From an uncultured Thermoleophilaceae bacterium (GTDB lineage Bacteria > Actinomycetota > Thermoleophilia > Solirubrobacterales > Thermoleophilaceae), in assembly GCA_963774755.1 (NCBI GenBank), contig CAVZGG010000011.1, positions 52,970-116,969 of the forward strand: 64,000 nt of DNA. The letters are read 5' to 3'. Positions 17,911 to 27,028 of the stretch are shown one piece after another; the first letter of the stretch is position 1, and every line of letters starts with the position of its first letter. A model generated the notes under the pieces. That model searched no databases. It saw only the letters and a list, made by a program, of their open reading frames with translations, and had not been told where the DNA came from. The position numbers and the translations under genes were made by a program.

Positions 17911-18998
17911 CTAGGCGAAGTAGAAGACCAGCCCGAGCACCGCGTACAGCGCCAGGAGCTGCACGCCCTCGAACCAGTTCGACTCGCCGTCCTGCGTGAC
18001 CAGGTTGGCGATCAGCACCGCGAACAGCAGGGCACCGAGCTCGTAGCCGTTGAAGACGAGCGCCATCGGGTCGTCGCCGACCACGAAGAACGAGGCAGCA
18101 CCAGGACCGGCGCCACGAACAGCGCGATCTGCGCGCTCGAGCCGATCGCGATGTTCACGGCGAGGTCCATCTTGTCCTTGGCCGCCACGAGCACGGCAAC
18201 CCAGTGCTCCGCGGCGTTGCCGACGATCGCCACGATGAACACGCCGACGAAGAACTCGGACAACCCGATGTCCTCGGACGCCTCGCTGATCGAGCCCACG
18301 AGGATCTCGCTCATCACGCCGACGGCCACCGCTGACAGCGCCAGGTAGATCGCCGCGCGCTTCACCGGCCAGTGGTGGGCTTCCTCTTCCTCCTCGGCGC
18401 TGTACGGGTTGAAGACCGCTCGGTGAGTCCTCAGCGAGAACCACAGCCCAGCCGCGTAGCTCAAGAGCAGCACGAGGGCCACGCCGAGGGAGAGCTTCTC
18501 GAGGTCGGAGCCGAAGTCCACGTGCTCGTCGCCAACGCCCGGAAGGCTGCCGCCGTGGATCAGCTGGAATAGAGCGCCGGGAAGATCAGCGCGGCGAGCG
18601 CGAGCGTGAGCATCGCCGGACTGCGCGCTGGCGGCCGTCTGGCTGAAGGTCTGCTTGTCGCGCGACCAGCCACCCACGACGAACGCCGCGCCCATCACGA
18701 GCAGGACGTTGCCGATGATCGAGCCGACGATCGAGGCCTTCACGACCTCCTGAAGTCCCTCGAGCAGCGCGAAGAAGGCGATGATCAGCTCGGGCGCGTT
18801 GCCGAACGTCACGTTCAGCAGGCCGCCGATCCCGGGCCCGCTCTTGGCGGCGATCGCCTCCGTGGCCTCGCCCATCACGGCGGCGCACGGGATCACGCCG
18901 AGGGCGGCCGCGCTGAATACGAGCAGCGGGCTCGCGTGCGCGAGCTCGAGCGCGATCGCCGCGGGGATGAAGACCCCGAGGTAGTGGACAGGACGCAT
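17911..18998 (-). CDS. Ca2+/H+ (CaCA/ChaA-type) cation antiporter, frameshifted near 18095
   Basis: [42 protein letters not shown], then after a frame change ...[60 protein letters not shown] 1-nt deletion in ctgcctcg splits the ORF. Confidence 0.75.
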
Positions 18999-19035
18999 GG
19001 CGCGGGAACCTTACGGGGTAACCTCGAAGCGAGGG

Positions 19036-20441
19036 TGATCGACCACGTCAACAACCTGAAGCTCCAGCATCTGGTCGAGCTCTCCAAGCTCGGCGATCGC
19101 TGTGCGGGCATCGAGCAGGAGATCGAGGGCTGGCTCGCCGAGCACGACGTCGTGTTCGCCGGCAGCACGATTCCATTCGTGCTGATGCCGCACTTCGTGT
19201 CCCCCGGCCAGCTCCGCCGGGTGCGACGGGCGGTGGCGTGCCTGTCGCAGGTGCTCGACCGCTTCTGCGACGCCTACGCGGACAACGAGCTGCTGCGCGA
19301 GGAACTCGCCGTGCCGGCCGCGGAGGACGCGTTGATCCGGCTCGACCCCGGCTTCTCGCGCCCGCTGAAGATCTGCAGGCTGGACGCGTTCCTCCAGGGC
19401 TACGACGTGAAGTTCCTCGAGTTCAACGCCGACTCGCCGGCGGGCATCGGCTACACGGACGTGCTCTACGAGGGGTTGCGGCGCTCGATCGACCTACCGC
19501 GCGTGAACGCCGAGTTCGAGACCTCCTACACCCCGATGCTGCCCGTGCTCGTCGAGACACTCCTCGGCGCCTACCGGGAGCTGCGCGGTGAGCGCACCGA
19601 CCTTCCGGAGACGCCGCGGCTTGCGCTTGTGGACGTGGCGGGCAGCCCGTCCGTGCCCGAGTTCCGGATCATCTGCGAGGCGGCGAAGCAGGCCGGTGTG
19701 GAGGCCATCCACGCCACGCTCGACGACGTTGCCTACGACGGGTCCGTGCTGCGCGTACAGGGCGAGCCGGTGCATCTGGTCTACCGCCGGGCGCTGCTCG
19801 AGGATCTGCCGGAGGGCGACCTGATCGCCGCCGCGCGCGACCGCCGCGCCGCCGTGGTGAACCCGTTCCGCGCCCGCGTGGCGAACAACAAGAAGCTGTT
19901 CGCCCTGCTCGCCGACCCGCGCTTCGCCCACCTGGTGGAGGACGCGGAGCGCCGTGTGATCGACGAGACGATCCCGTGGACGCGCGTGCTCCGGGACGGC
20001 CGCGCAGCGTACGGGGACTGGGTCGTGGATCTGGTCGCGTTTGTGTCCGACAACCGCGAGCGGCTAGTCCTGAAGCCGGCGTCCGACTACGGCGGGCACG
20101 GCGTGTCGCTCGGCATGGAGACGGCCCAGGCCGAGTGGGACCGGCTGATCGAGGACCACGTGGGGCAGGGCGACTACGTGGTGCAGGAGTACGTGCCGGT
20201 CCCCGAGGAGATGTTCCCCGCGGTCGAGAACGGCCATGTGCAGATGCGCCTGAAGCGCTTCAACATCAACCCGTTCGGGCTGGGCGGCCGCTACGCCGGG
20301 ATGATCACCCGGATCTCGGACAAGGCGGTCATTAATGTGTCCGCCGGAGGCGGGCTGCTCCCGAGCGTGATGGGGCGGCACAGGGAGCGACTACTTGCAG
20401 AGGAGGGCGCGGATGAAGAGACCGCTGGGCTACGACGTTGA
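19036..20441 (+). CDS. glutathionylspermidine-synthase-like / circularly permuted ATP-grasp amidoligase family protein
   Basis: KICRLDAFLQGYDVKFLEFNADSPAGIGYTDVLYEGL resembles the GspS pre-ATP-grasp motif. ANNKKLFALLADP, VLKPASDYGGHGVSLG and the YVVQEYVP ATP-grasp core are present. The pattern matches the E. coli YgiC/YjfC family. GTG start assumed. Confidence 0.6.
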
Positions 20442-21546
20442 CGACAACGCCAGCCGCTTCTCGAACTACTTTCACGTGCTGCGCGAGCTCGTGCACTTCA
20501 CCAACGGCTGGATGCCGCTCGAGCCGAGCTTCAAGCGCAAGTACGCGCTCGGCGACCACGTGCACGACGACGCCCGCGCGCTGACGAAGATCAAGCGCCG
20601 CCTCTACGAGCTGCGCCACCCCGCCGAGTACCCCGGCTCCCCGTCGCCCGAGCTCGAGCGGCTGCTCGACCGCATGGCCCAGGCGGAGAGCGCGCAGGAG
20701 TACCTCGCCGTCGCGTACACCGAGGCGAAGCCCGCGCTCGTCCGGGCGATGCGCATCCACCTCGACAACCTCGACCCCGTGGCGGACGAGCCCTCCCTGC
20801 GGCTCCTCACCCAGATCGTGGAGCGCCAGGAGCGGCACACCGACGGGCACGGCAGCTTCGACAGCGACATCGGGGCACTGCCCGTGCGGCTGCGCGAGGA
20901 GCCGCGCGAGCTGCGCATCCTCCCGCCGCTCGACGAGCCCGCGCGCGACGACTTCGTGGAGGTGACCGAGCAGGGCGACCCCTACCTCGGGCGCGAGCTG
21001 TACGTGAACGGCGCGGAGAACCACGTTCCAATCGAGCCGGAGGAGCAGCGGCACTTCTTCCATGGCCTCATGGACGCCGAGCTGAGCGCGGCCGAGCTGA
21101 TGGCGCGCAACTCGCATGAGCACCCTGAGATGCCGTGGGACTTCCATGTGGACATGGCGCGCCAGAACTGGGACGAGGTGCGCCACGCGAAGCTGCACGA
21201 TCTCCTGATGAAGGACCAGCTCGGCTGCGAGTGGGGCGACTACCCAGTTGGGTTCTCGTACTTCAAGTCGATCTACGCCTACGACCTGCTCGGCCGGCTC
21301 TGCCTCTTCAACGGCACGAGCGAGCAGCGGGCGATGTGGCGGCACTCACACCGGCGCAAGAAGCTGATGGAGCTGGGCCAGCAGCGCGTGGCGCTCGTGT
21401 TCGACTACCTGCTGGCGGACGAGGTTCCGCACGTACACAACGGCGTCCGCTGGGGCTCCCACCTGCTGGGCGGAAGCGAGCAGGCGTACCGAGACAAGGT
21501 CCGCGAGCTACGGGCCAGCCTCGACGAGACCGGCGCGCCAGCGTAG
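20413..21546 (+). CDS. ferritin-like di-iron-carboxylate family protein (DUF455-like)
   Basis: ATG preceded by aggaggg. Two E-x-x-H motifs (DEVRHAKLHDLL and ADEVPHVHNGVRWG). Overlaps the 3' end of the ATP-grasp gene by about 29 nt. Confidence 0.5.
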   Translation: MKRPLGYDVDDNASRFSNYFHVLRELVHFTNGWMPLEPSFKRKYALGDHVHDDARALTKIKRRLYELRHPAEYPGSPSPELERLLDRMAQAESAQEYLAVAYTEAKPALVRAMRIHLDNLDPVADEPSLRLLTQIVERQERHTDGHGSFDSDIGALPVRLREEPRELRILPPLDEPARDDFVEVTEQGDPYLGRELYVNGAENHVPIEPEEQRHFFHGLMDAELSAAELMARNSHEHPEMPWDFHVDMARQNWDEVRHAKLHDLLMKDQLGCEWGDYPVGFSYFKSIYAYDLLGRLCLFNGTSEQRAMWRHSHRRKKLMELGQQRVALVFDYLLADEVPHVHNGVRWGSHLLGGSEQAYRDKVRELRASLDETGAPA

Positions 21547-22107
21547 TCAGGGCTTGGCGCGGTAGCGAAGGAAGACGACGCCGCCCGCGAACCGGCGCTC
21601 GTCGACCAGTTCTAGGGCCAGCTGTGCTTCGTCGGGGAGCCAGTGCAGGCCGCCTCCTACGACGACGGGCGTGAGGAACAGCTGGAACTCGTCTACGAGG
21701 CCGGCCCTGATCGCGTGAGCGGCGAGGTTGGGACCGCCGACGCTGATGTCCTGCTCGGCTGACGCCTTCATCTGCCGGATCGTCTCAGGGTCGAAGTCGC
21801 GCTCGATCCGCGTCCTGGCGCTGGATTCTTCCTCCAGCGTCTTGGAGTACACGACCTTGTCGGCCGCCCGCCAGATCTCCGCGAAGTCGCGCAGGATGGG
21901 TGCCTGGCCGGCATCGGTGGACACCGTCTCCCAGAAGAGCATCACCTCGTACATCCGGCGGCCGAGGAGGTAGGTGCCGATCGGCCGCTCGAGGTCGTTG
22001 ACGAAGCCGTGCACCTCCTCGTCCGGCGCAGCCCAATCGAAGTTGCCGTCCTCGTCGGCCACGTAGCCGTCGAGCGACGCGATCGCCGAGTAGATCAGCC
22101 TCGCCAA
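21547..22107 (-). CDS. dihydrofolate reductase-family protein (RibD C-terminal domain type)
   Basis: MARLIYSAIASLDGYVADEDGNFDW...LLGRRMYE...VVGGG: typical of the YwjB/RibD_C family. Confidence 0.8.
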   Translation of the reverse strand: MARLIYSAIASLDGYVADEDGNFDWAAPDEEVHGFVNDLERPIGTYLLGRRMYEVMLFWETVSTDAGQAPILRDFAEIWRAADKVVYSKTLEEESSARTRIERDFDPETIRQMKASAEQDISVGGPNLAAHAIRAGLVDEFQLFLTPVVVGGGLHWLPDEAQLALELVDERRFAGGVVFLRYRAKP

Positions 22108-22116
22108 GGTGAGCGG

Positions 22117-22461
22117 CTAGTCGTCGAGATCGTCGTCCGGGTCCGGCTCGGGCGGCTTGTTCTCGTCCTCGTCGACGTGCTCGTCGTCACCTTCGAGCAC
22201 CGACTGGCTGATGTTGCGGCCGTCTCCGTCCCCATAGGTGGCCTGGAAGGTCTCGAACAGCTCGTCGCGGCGCGCGTCGTCGACCGGTACGTCGTCGGCG
22301 ATCAGGACCCAGTCCGCGCCCTCGAACGGCTCGAGGTTGAAGATCTCGGCGTCCAGGGTGGGGGAGTCGTCCACCACGACCATGATCTCCGTCTGCGGGT
22401 TGAAGTAGCAGCCCGGGCGGAGCAGCAGGTCCTCCAGGTCAAATCGTCGCTCGTCGGCCAT
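22117..22461 (-). CDS. hypothetical protein with a very acidic C-terminus
   Basis: No family recognised. The tail DDEHVDEDENKPPEPDPDDDLDD is very acidic. Confidence 0.4.
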   Translation of the reverse strand: MADERRFDLEDLLLRPGCYFNPQTEIMVVVDDSPTLDAEIFNLEPFEGADWVLIADDVPVDDARRDELFETFQATYGDGDGRNISQSVLEGDDEHVDEDENKPPEPDPDDDLDD

Positions 22462-22494
22462 ATGGGGTCACCCTAACCTCTGGAGAGGGCTATT

Positions 22495-22875
22495 TCACCC
22501 CCCGAGGTCGCGCAGCTGGCGGTCGATCTCCGCCTCCACGTCGAGCGGCTCCTTGCCCTGGCGCAGGCGGCGCTGGTTGCGGGCAACGACCAGTTGGCGC
22601 ACCTCGTCGCGGAGCCCCGGATCGCCGAGGCCAGGGCCGGCGTTGAGCGAGTCCATCTCCGCGTCGATGTCGATCGGCGCCTCGCCGCGTGCCTCGCGGC
22701 GGTCGGACTTCGCCTGGAGCATCTGGCGGATCTCCTCCTGCGCCTCCGCCGCCGACGCCGCTGCCACCGGGCGGTCGCGTTCCATGTCGAGGTCGCCGCG
22801 CCCGAGGCCGCTGTAGATGCCGCCGCTGCCCCAGTAGGAGACCGCCGCGATCACCACGGCGAGCAGCGAGACCAC
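22495..22875 (-). CDS. hypothetical protein with an N-terminal TM anchor
   Basis: GTG start. VVSLLAVVIAAVSYW helix followed by a charged, helical region. No family recognised. Confidence 0.35.
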   Translation of the reverse strand: MVSLLAVVIAAVSYWGSGGIYSGLGRGDLDMERDRPVAAASAAEAQEEIRQMLQAKSDRREARGEAPIDIDAEMDSLNAGPGLGDPGLRDEVRQLVVARNQRRLRQGKEPLDVEAEIDRQLRDLGG

Positions 22876-23061
22876 GATCAGGATCGTGCCGAACGCGTCG
22901 ATGGACGTAGTCTGACCGGAATGTGGAAGCGCCTACGCCGCAGGAGCTTCGCGCCGAGTCGCCCAGCGGTCTACATGGAGCAGGTCGGCCTGCTTGTGAT
23001 CACCCTCGTGGCGCTCGCGGTGGGTATCTACGTGGTGGTGCGTTTCCTGCTGTAACCTGCG

Positions 23062-23079
23062 GGGTACAGTCATTGACTG
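23062..23079. promoter_or_regulatory. perfect inverted repeat ATTGACT-gacg-AGTCAAT about 27 nt upstream of the acyl-CoA dehydrogenase start
   Basis: Seen directly. Sits between the promoter region and the RBS (gaggagtag). A candidate operator, perhaps for the PadR regulator downstream or for a TetR-type regulator. Confidence 0.4.
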
Positions 23080-23105
23080 ACGAGTCAATCAGAGGAGTAG
23101 AAACC

Positions 23106-24281
23106 GTGGTCGACTTCACGCTTACCGACGAGCAGAAGGACATTCGCCAGCTCGCGCACGACTTTGCCGAGAAGGAGATCCGGCCGGTCGCGTGGGAGCT
23201 GGACAAGGACTCCACCTTCCCGACCGAGATCGTCAAGCAGGCCTGGGAGCTTGGCTTGATGAACAACCACATCCCGGAGGAGTACGGCGGGCCTGGGCTC
23301 GACTACCTCACGGGTTGTCTGATCGAGGAGGAGCTCGGCTGGGGCTGCTCGGGCATCGGCACCTCGCTGATGTGCAACGGCCTCGCCACCGCCCCGGTGA
23401 TCCTCGGCGGCTCCGACGACGTCAAGAAGGAGTTCCTCGGCATGCTGACCGAGGAGCCCAAGCTCGCCTCGTTCTGCCTGACCGAGCCGGACGCCGGCTC
23501 GGATGTCTCGGGCATGCGCACGACGGCCGTCCGCAAGGGCGACAAGTACGTGATCAACGGGACCAAGTGCTTCATCACCAACGGCTCGCATGCCGACTGG
23601 TACACGGTCTACGCCAAGACCGACAAGGAGGCCGGCCACCGCGGCATCTCCGCCTTCGTCGTCCCGCGCGCGCTCGACGGCGTGAGCGTGGACAAGAAGG
23701 AGGACAAGCTCGGGCAGCGCGCCTCCGACACGGCGATGATCTCGTTCAGCGACGTCGAGATCCCCGCCGACTACCTGATCGGCGAGGAGAACAAGGGCTT
23801 CAAGCTCGCGATGATGACGCTCGACCGCACCCGCCCCGGCGTGGCGGCGATGGGCGTGGGTATCGCGCAGGCGGCGTTCGAGTTCGCCCGCGACTACGCC
23901 AAGGAGCGCGTGCAGTTCGGCGTGCCGATCGCGATGCACCAGGCGATCCAGTTCATGATCGCCGACATGGCGACGAAGATCGAGGCGTCGCGGCTGCTCA
24001 CCTGGAAGTCGGGCGTGGAGCTCGACCAGGGCAAGCGCAACACGCTGATCTCCTCGCACGCAAAGCGCTTCGCCGCGGACACCGCGATGGAGGTGACCGT
24101 CGACGCCGTGCAGGTCTACGGCGGCTATGGCTTCATCAAGGAGTACCCGGTCGAGAAGCTGATGCGTGACGCGAAGATCATGCAGCTCTACGAGGGCACG
24201 TCCCAGATCCAGCGGCTCGTGATCGCGCGCGAGGTGCTTATGCCTCGCCGTGTCGAAGAGCCGGCCACGGCTGCTGCCTAG
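23106..24281 (+). CDS. acyl-CoA dehydrogenase
   Basis: GTG start after gaggag. MVDFTLTDEQKDIRQLAHDFAEKEIRP..., the FAD and substrate motifs (CLTEPDAGSD, YEGTSQIQRLVIARE) and the catalytic Glu context are present. Confidence 0.9.
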   Translation: MVDFTLTDEQKDIRQLAHDFAEKEIRPVAWELDKDSTFPTEIVKQAWELGLMNNHIPEEYGGPGLDYLTGCLIEEELGWGCSGIGTSLMCNGLATAPVILGGSDDVKKEFLGMLTEEPKLASFCLTEPDAGSDVSGMRTTAVRKGDKYVINGTKCFITNGSHADWYTVYAKTDKEAGHRGISAFVVPRALDGVSVDKKEDKLGQRASDTAMISFSDVEIPADYLIGEENKGFKLAMMTLDRTRPGVAAMGVGIAQAAFEFARDYAKERVQFGVPIAMHQAIQFMIADMATKIEASRLLTWKSGVELDQGKRNTLISSHAKRFAADTAMEVTVDAVQVYGGYGFIKEYPVEKLMRDAKIMQLYEGTSQIQRLVIAREVLMPRRVEEPATAAA

Positions 24282-24306
24282 TTAGACGTAACAATGTCCG
24301 CCAGAG

Positions 24307-24750
24307 ATGGCGGGTAAGAAGCAACGGGATGCCGTCCGGGAGGCTGTCGCGCAAGCGGGCGGCATCGAAGCCGCCGTTGCTCCTGGCAGGAAGGCACAGG
24401 ACCCCCTCACCGGCGAGCTGCGCCGGCGAGCGGTCCTGCCGTTGCTCGTGCTTCACCTCATCAACGAGGGGCCGAGTTACGGGAACCAGCTGATGGAACG
24501 GATCGGTGGGATGACCGCGGGTGTCCTCTCTGTCAACCCGAACACCATGTACCCCCTCCTGCGGCAGCTGGAGGGTCGTGGGCTAATCAAGGGCGAGTGG
24601 GAGCACCCGGAGCGCCGCTCGCGCCGCTACTACTCGCTCACCGCAGAAGGCCGGACCGAATATGCGCGGCTGGTCGAGGAGGTACGGCCGTTCCTCGACT
24701 CGGTCAAGTCGTCTATCGACGAGATCGTGCAGGAGGTCTACGGCCGGTGA
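24307..24750 (+). CDS. PadR-family transcriptional regulator
   Basis: LLVLHLINEGPSYGNQLMERIGGMTAGVLSVNPNTMYPLLRQLEGRGLIKGEWEHPERRSRRYYSLTAEG. Confidence 0.85.
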   Translation: MAGKKQRDAVREAVAQAGGIEAAVAPGRKAQDPLTGELRRRAVLPLLVLHLINEGPSYGNQLMERIGGMTAGVLSVNPNTMYPLLRQLEGRGLIKGEWEHPERRSRRYYSLTAEGRTEYARLVEEVRPFLDSVKSSIDEIVQEVYGR

Positions 24751-25202
24751 GGACGGCTCGGACGCGCGCCATCGTTCCGCTCTCCGCGCCGCACGCGCTG
24801 GCTCTGTGGAGCGACGTGACGCGCTGGCCGAGCTTCGTGGAGGGCTTCGCGCGCCGACTGGAGCTCGCGCCCGAGTGGCCGGCAAAGGGCGCACGGGTGG
24901 TGTGGGAGTCGGTACCTGATGGACGCGGCCGGGTGACCGAGACCGTCGTGGAGAACGAGACAGACCGCTTTTCGACCCAGGTCTTCGAGGAAGCACTGAT
25001 GGGCACCCAGACGCTGCGCGCGGCTCCCTCCGACGAGGGCGGCTCCGAGGTCGAGCTGACGCTCGACTACGAGCTCGCGAGGTACGGCCCGCTCGCGGGC
25101 ATCGCCGACGCGATCTTCATCCGCCGCGCGCTCCGCGACGCGCTGCGCCGGACCCTCTTCCGCTTCGCGATCGAGGCGGAGGAGGAGCTGGCATTGCGCT
25201 AA
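24747..25202 (+). CDS. SRPBCC (polyketide cyclase/dehydrase-like) domain protein
   Basis: GTG overlaps the PadR stop (GTGA). VPLSAPHALALWSDVTRWPSFVEGF... resembles the START/Bet v1-like fold. Confidence 0.6.
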   Translation: MRTARTRAIVPLSAPHALALWSDVTRWPSFVEGFARRLELAPEWPAKGARVVWESVPDGRGRVTETVVENETDRFSTQVFEEALMGTQTLRAAPSDEGGSEVELTLDYELARYGPLAGIADAIFIRRALRDALRRTLFRFAIEAEEELALR

Positions 25203-26073
25203 CGAGCTCACCCAGCATCTGGGTCGGATTCTCCGCGACGTCGCTCCAGGTGTAGCGGCGAAAGTCATCTCCACGCGCCCGAGCTTCCCGCTCGCGATGA
25301 CGGTCTTGCTCCCACGAGTAGCGCGAGTTGTGGAACCGGTAGCCGTCGAGCTCGACTGTCAGTTGGTGCTCGGGCCACCGGCAGTCGACTCGGTGGCTCC
25401 CGGCCTGGCGGTTGGTGACGGGGAGGGGGAGGCCCGCGTCTTGCAGACGCTCTAGAAAGCGGGCTTCGAGCTTGCTGAGGGTCACGTGGGCGTCTCCGTG
25501 GATGATTTGGCGGAGCTTCTTGGCGCCCGCGGCGCTGGGCCGATGGGCGAGCACGATCTCGACTTGCGCTGGCGTGGTTTGGTACCGGACTCCCGCCTCG
25601 TGGCAGGCTCGGGCCAGGGCATTGAGGGAGAGCTCCGGAGCCAGGTCCACCAGGGTCCGCGGCACGGTGGTCACCGGGATTCCTTTGACCACCGTGGCAT
25701 CACGGGCATCGAGAGAACGGCAGCGATGGGTGGCCACGCCCTCAATGCGCCGTTGGGTCGGGGCGATGACCTCGGGCGGCGGAGCAGTCCCCTTGAGGAT
25801 CCCGAGCAGATGCGCGGCCGCCCTCCCGCAGAGCAGCGCGCCCTCGCCGGCGGCCAGGACCGCAGCGAGGTAGGTGGCCTCGAGGCTGGGCGCCCGATGC
25901 CCGACGCGGTAGACGCCGCGGTGGACGCGGAGCAACCCGCCGCTCTGCAACCGCGAGGCGATCTCCTGGCGCGATACGCCAGCACTGAGGAGCTGCGCCC
26001 GCGTCACCACCCCGTGGCTGGCGCTCGCAATTCGATCCAATTCTCGCTCGACTGTCCTGTCCAGGGCTTGCAT
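25117..26073 (-). CDS. DUF559 / AbiEi-like endonuclease-domain protein
   Basis: N-terminal AbiEi_4-like segment (HGVVTRAQLLSAGVSRQEIASRLQSGGLLRVHRGVYRVG). C-terminal Vsr-like DUF559 segment (RVDCRWPEHQLTVELDGYRFHNSRYSWEQDRHRE). Its 3' end overlaps the SRPBCC gene convergently by about 85 nt. Confidence 0.6.
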   Translation of the reverse strand: MQALDRTVERELDRIASASHGVVTRAQLLSAGVSRQEIASRLQSGGLLRVHRGVYRVGHRAPSLEATYLAAVLAAGEGALLCGRAAAHLLGILKGTAPPPEVIAPTQRRIEGVATHRCRSLDARDATVVKGIPVTTVPRTLVDLAPELSLNALARACHEAGVRYQTTPAQVEIVLAHRPSAAGAKKLRQIIHGDAHVTLSKLEARFLERLQDAGLPLPVTNRQAGSHRVDCRWPEHQLTVELDGYRFHNSRYSWEQDRHREREARARGDDFRRYTWSDVAENPTQMLGELVSAMPAPPPPRSRSGRGSGAARRGARGG

Positions 26074-26155
26074 ACCAAGCCTTAAGCAGGACGGTCGATG
26101 GGTTCGCCCCCGGGGCGGGCCGGAGCTCCGTCCGGCTCCGCTAGCCTCCGCCGCC

Positions 26156-27028
26156 ATGTTCGTCTTCAAAGCCGCCGTGGTTGGGGCCGGGACCATGGGC
26201 GGTGAGATCGCTCAGGTGATCGCTGCCGCGGGGATCCCGGTCGTTCTCAAGGACGTCAAGCAGGAGTTCGTGGACACCGGCCTCGAGAAGGCCCGGCAGG
26301 TGACCGAGGCTCAGCTCGGCAGCCTGGTGAAGAAGGAGAAGATCAGCCAGGAGGACGCCGACCGCCAGCGCGAGGAGATCCTCGGGCGCATCACGGGGAC
26401 GACCGACTACGACGGCTTCGGCGACGTGGACTTCGTGATCGAGGCCGTGCCCGAGCGGATGGAGATCAAGCAGACGGTCTTCGCCGAGCTCGACGAGGCC
26501 ACCCCGGGCCACGCGATTCTGGCGTCGAACACCTCGTCGCTGTCGATCACGGAGATGGGTGAGGCCACGCTGCGGCCCGACAAGGTCTGCGGCTTCCACT
26601 TCTTCTATCCCGCCTCGATGATGCGGCTGATCGAGGTGATCGAGGGGGACGAGACCTCCGACGAGACGCTTCAGGCCGCGGCCAACTTCGCGCAGGCGAT
26701 CCGCAAGACGGCGGTCCGCTGCGGCGAGGTACCCGGCTTCGTGGTGAACCGGATCCTGCTCTCGGCGATGTCCGAGGTGTGGAGGGTCACCGAGGACGAG
26801 GACCTCGATGTGAAGGAGGTCGACAAGGCCATCCAGGAGTCGGGCACCGTGCCGATGGGCCCCTATTACCTCACCGATCTGTTGGGTCTCGATACGGCGT
26901 TCCACGTGGCTGAGCACCTGCACGAGTCATACGGAGATCGCTTCTACGTCTCGAAGCAGATGAAGGAGCTGGTGGAGGCCGGGAACCTGGGCCAGAAGAC
27001 AGGGAAGGGGTTCTATGAGCACGGCTAG
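26156..27028 (+). CDS. 3-hydroxyacyl-CoA dehydrogenase (NAD-binding and C-terminal domains)
   Basis: AAVVGAGTMGGEIAQVIAAAGIPVVLKDV Rossmann motif. NTSSLSITEM. GFHFFYPASMMRLIEVI. Ends ...GKGFYEHG. Confidence 0.85.
   Translation: MFVFKAAVVGAGTMGGEIAQVIAAAGIPVVLKDVKQEFVDTGLEKARQVTEAQLGSLVKKEKISQEDADRQREEILGRITGTTDYDGFGDVDFVIEAVPERMEIKQTVFAELDEATPGHAILASNTSSLSITEMGEATLRPDKVCGFHFFYPASMMRLIEVIEGDETSDETLQAAANFAQAIRKTAVRCGEVPGFVVNRILLSAMSEVWRVTEDEDLDVKEVDKAIQESGTVPMGPYYLTDLLGLDTAFHVAEHLHESYGDRFYVSKQMKELVEAGNLGQKTGKGFYEHG

Noticed and set aside
25117-26073. The DUF559/AbiEi-like protein as a mobile-element marker or an abortive-infection system.
   Set aside because: No integrase, transposase, flanking repeats or partner toxin gene is present. 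These Vsr-like domain proteins are frequent housekeeping-context genes in actinobacteria.
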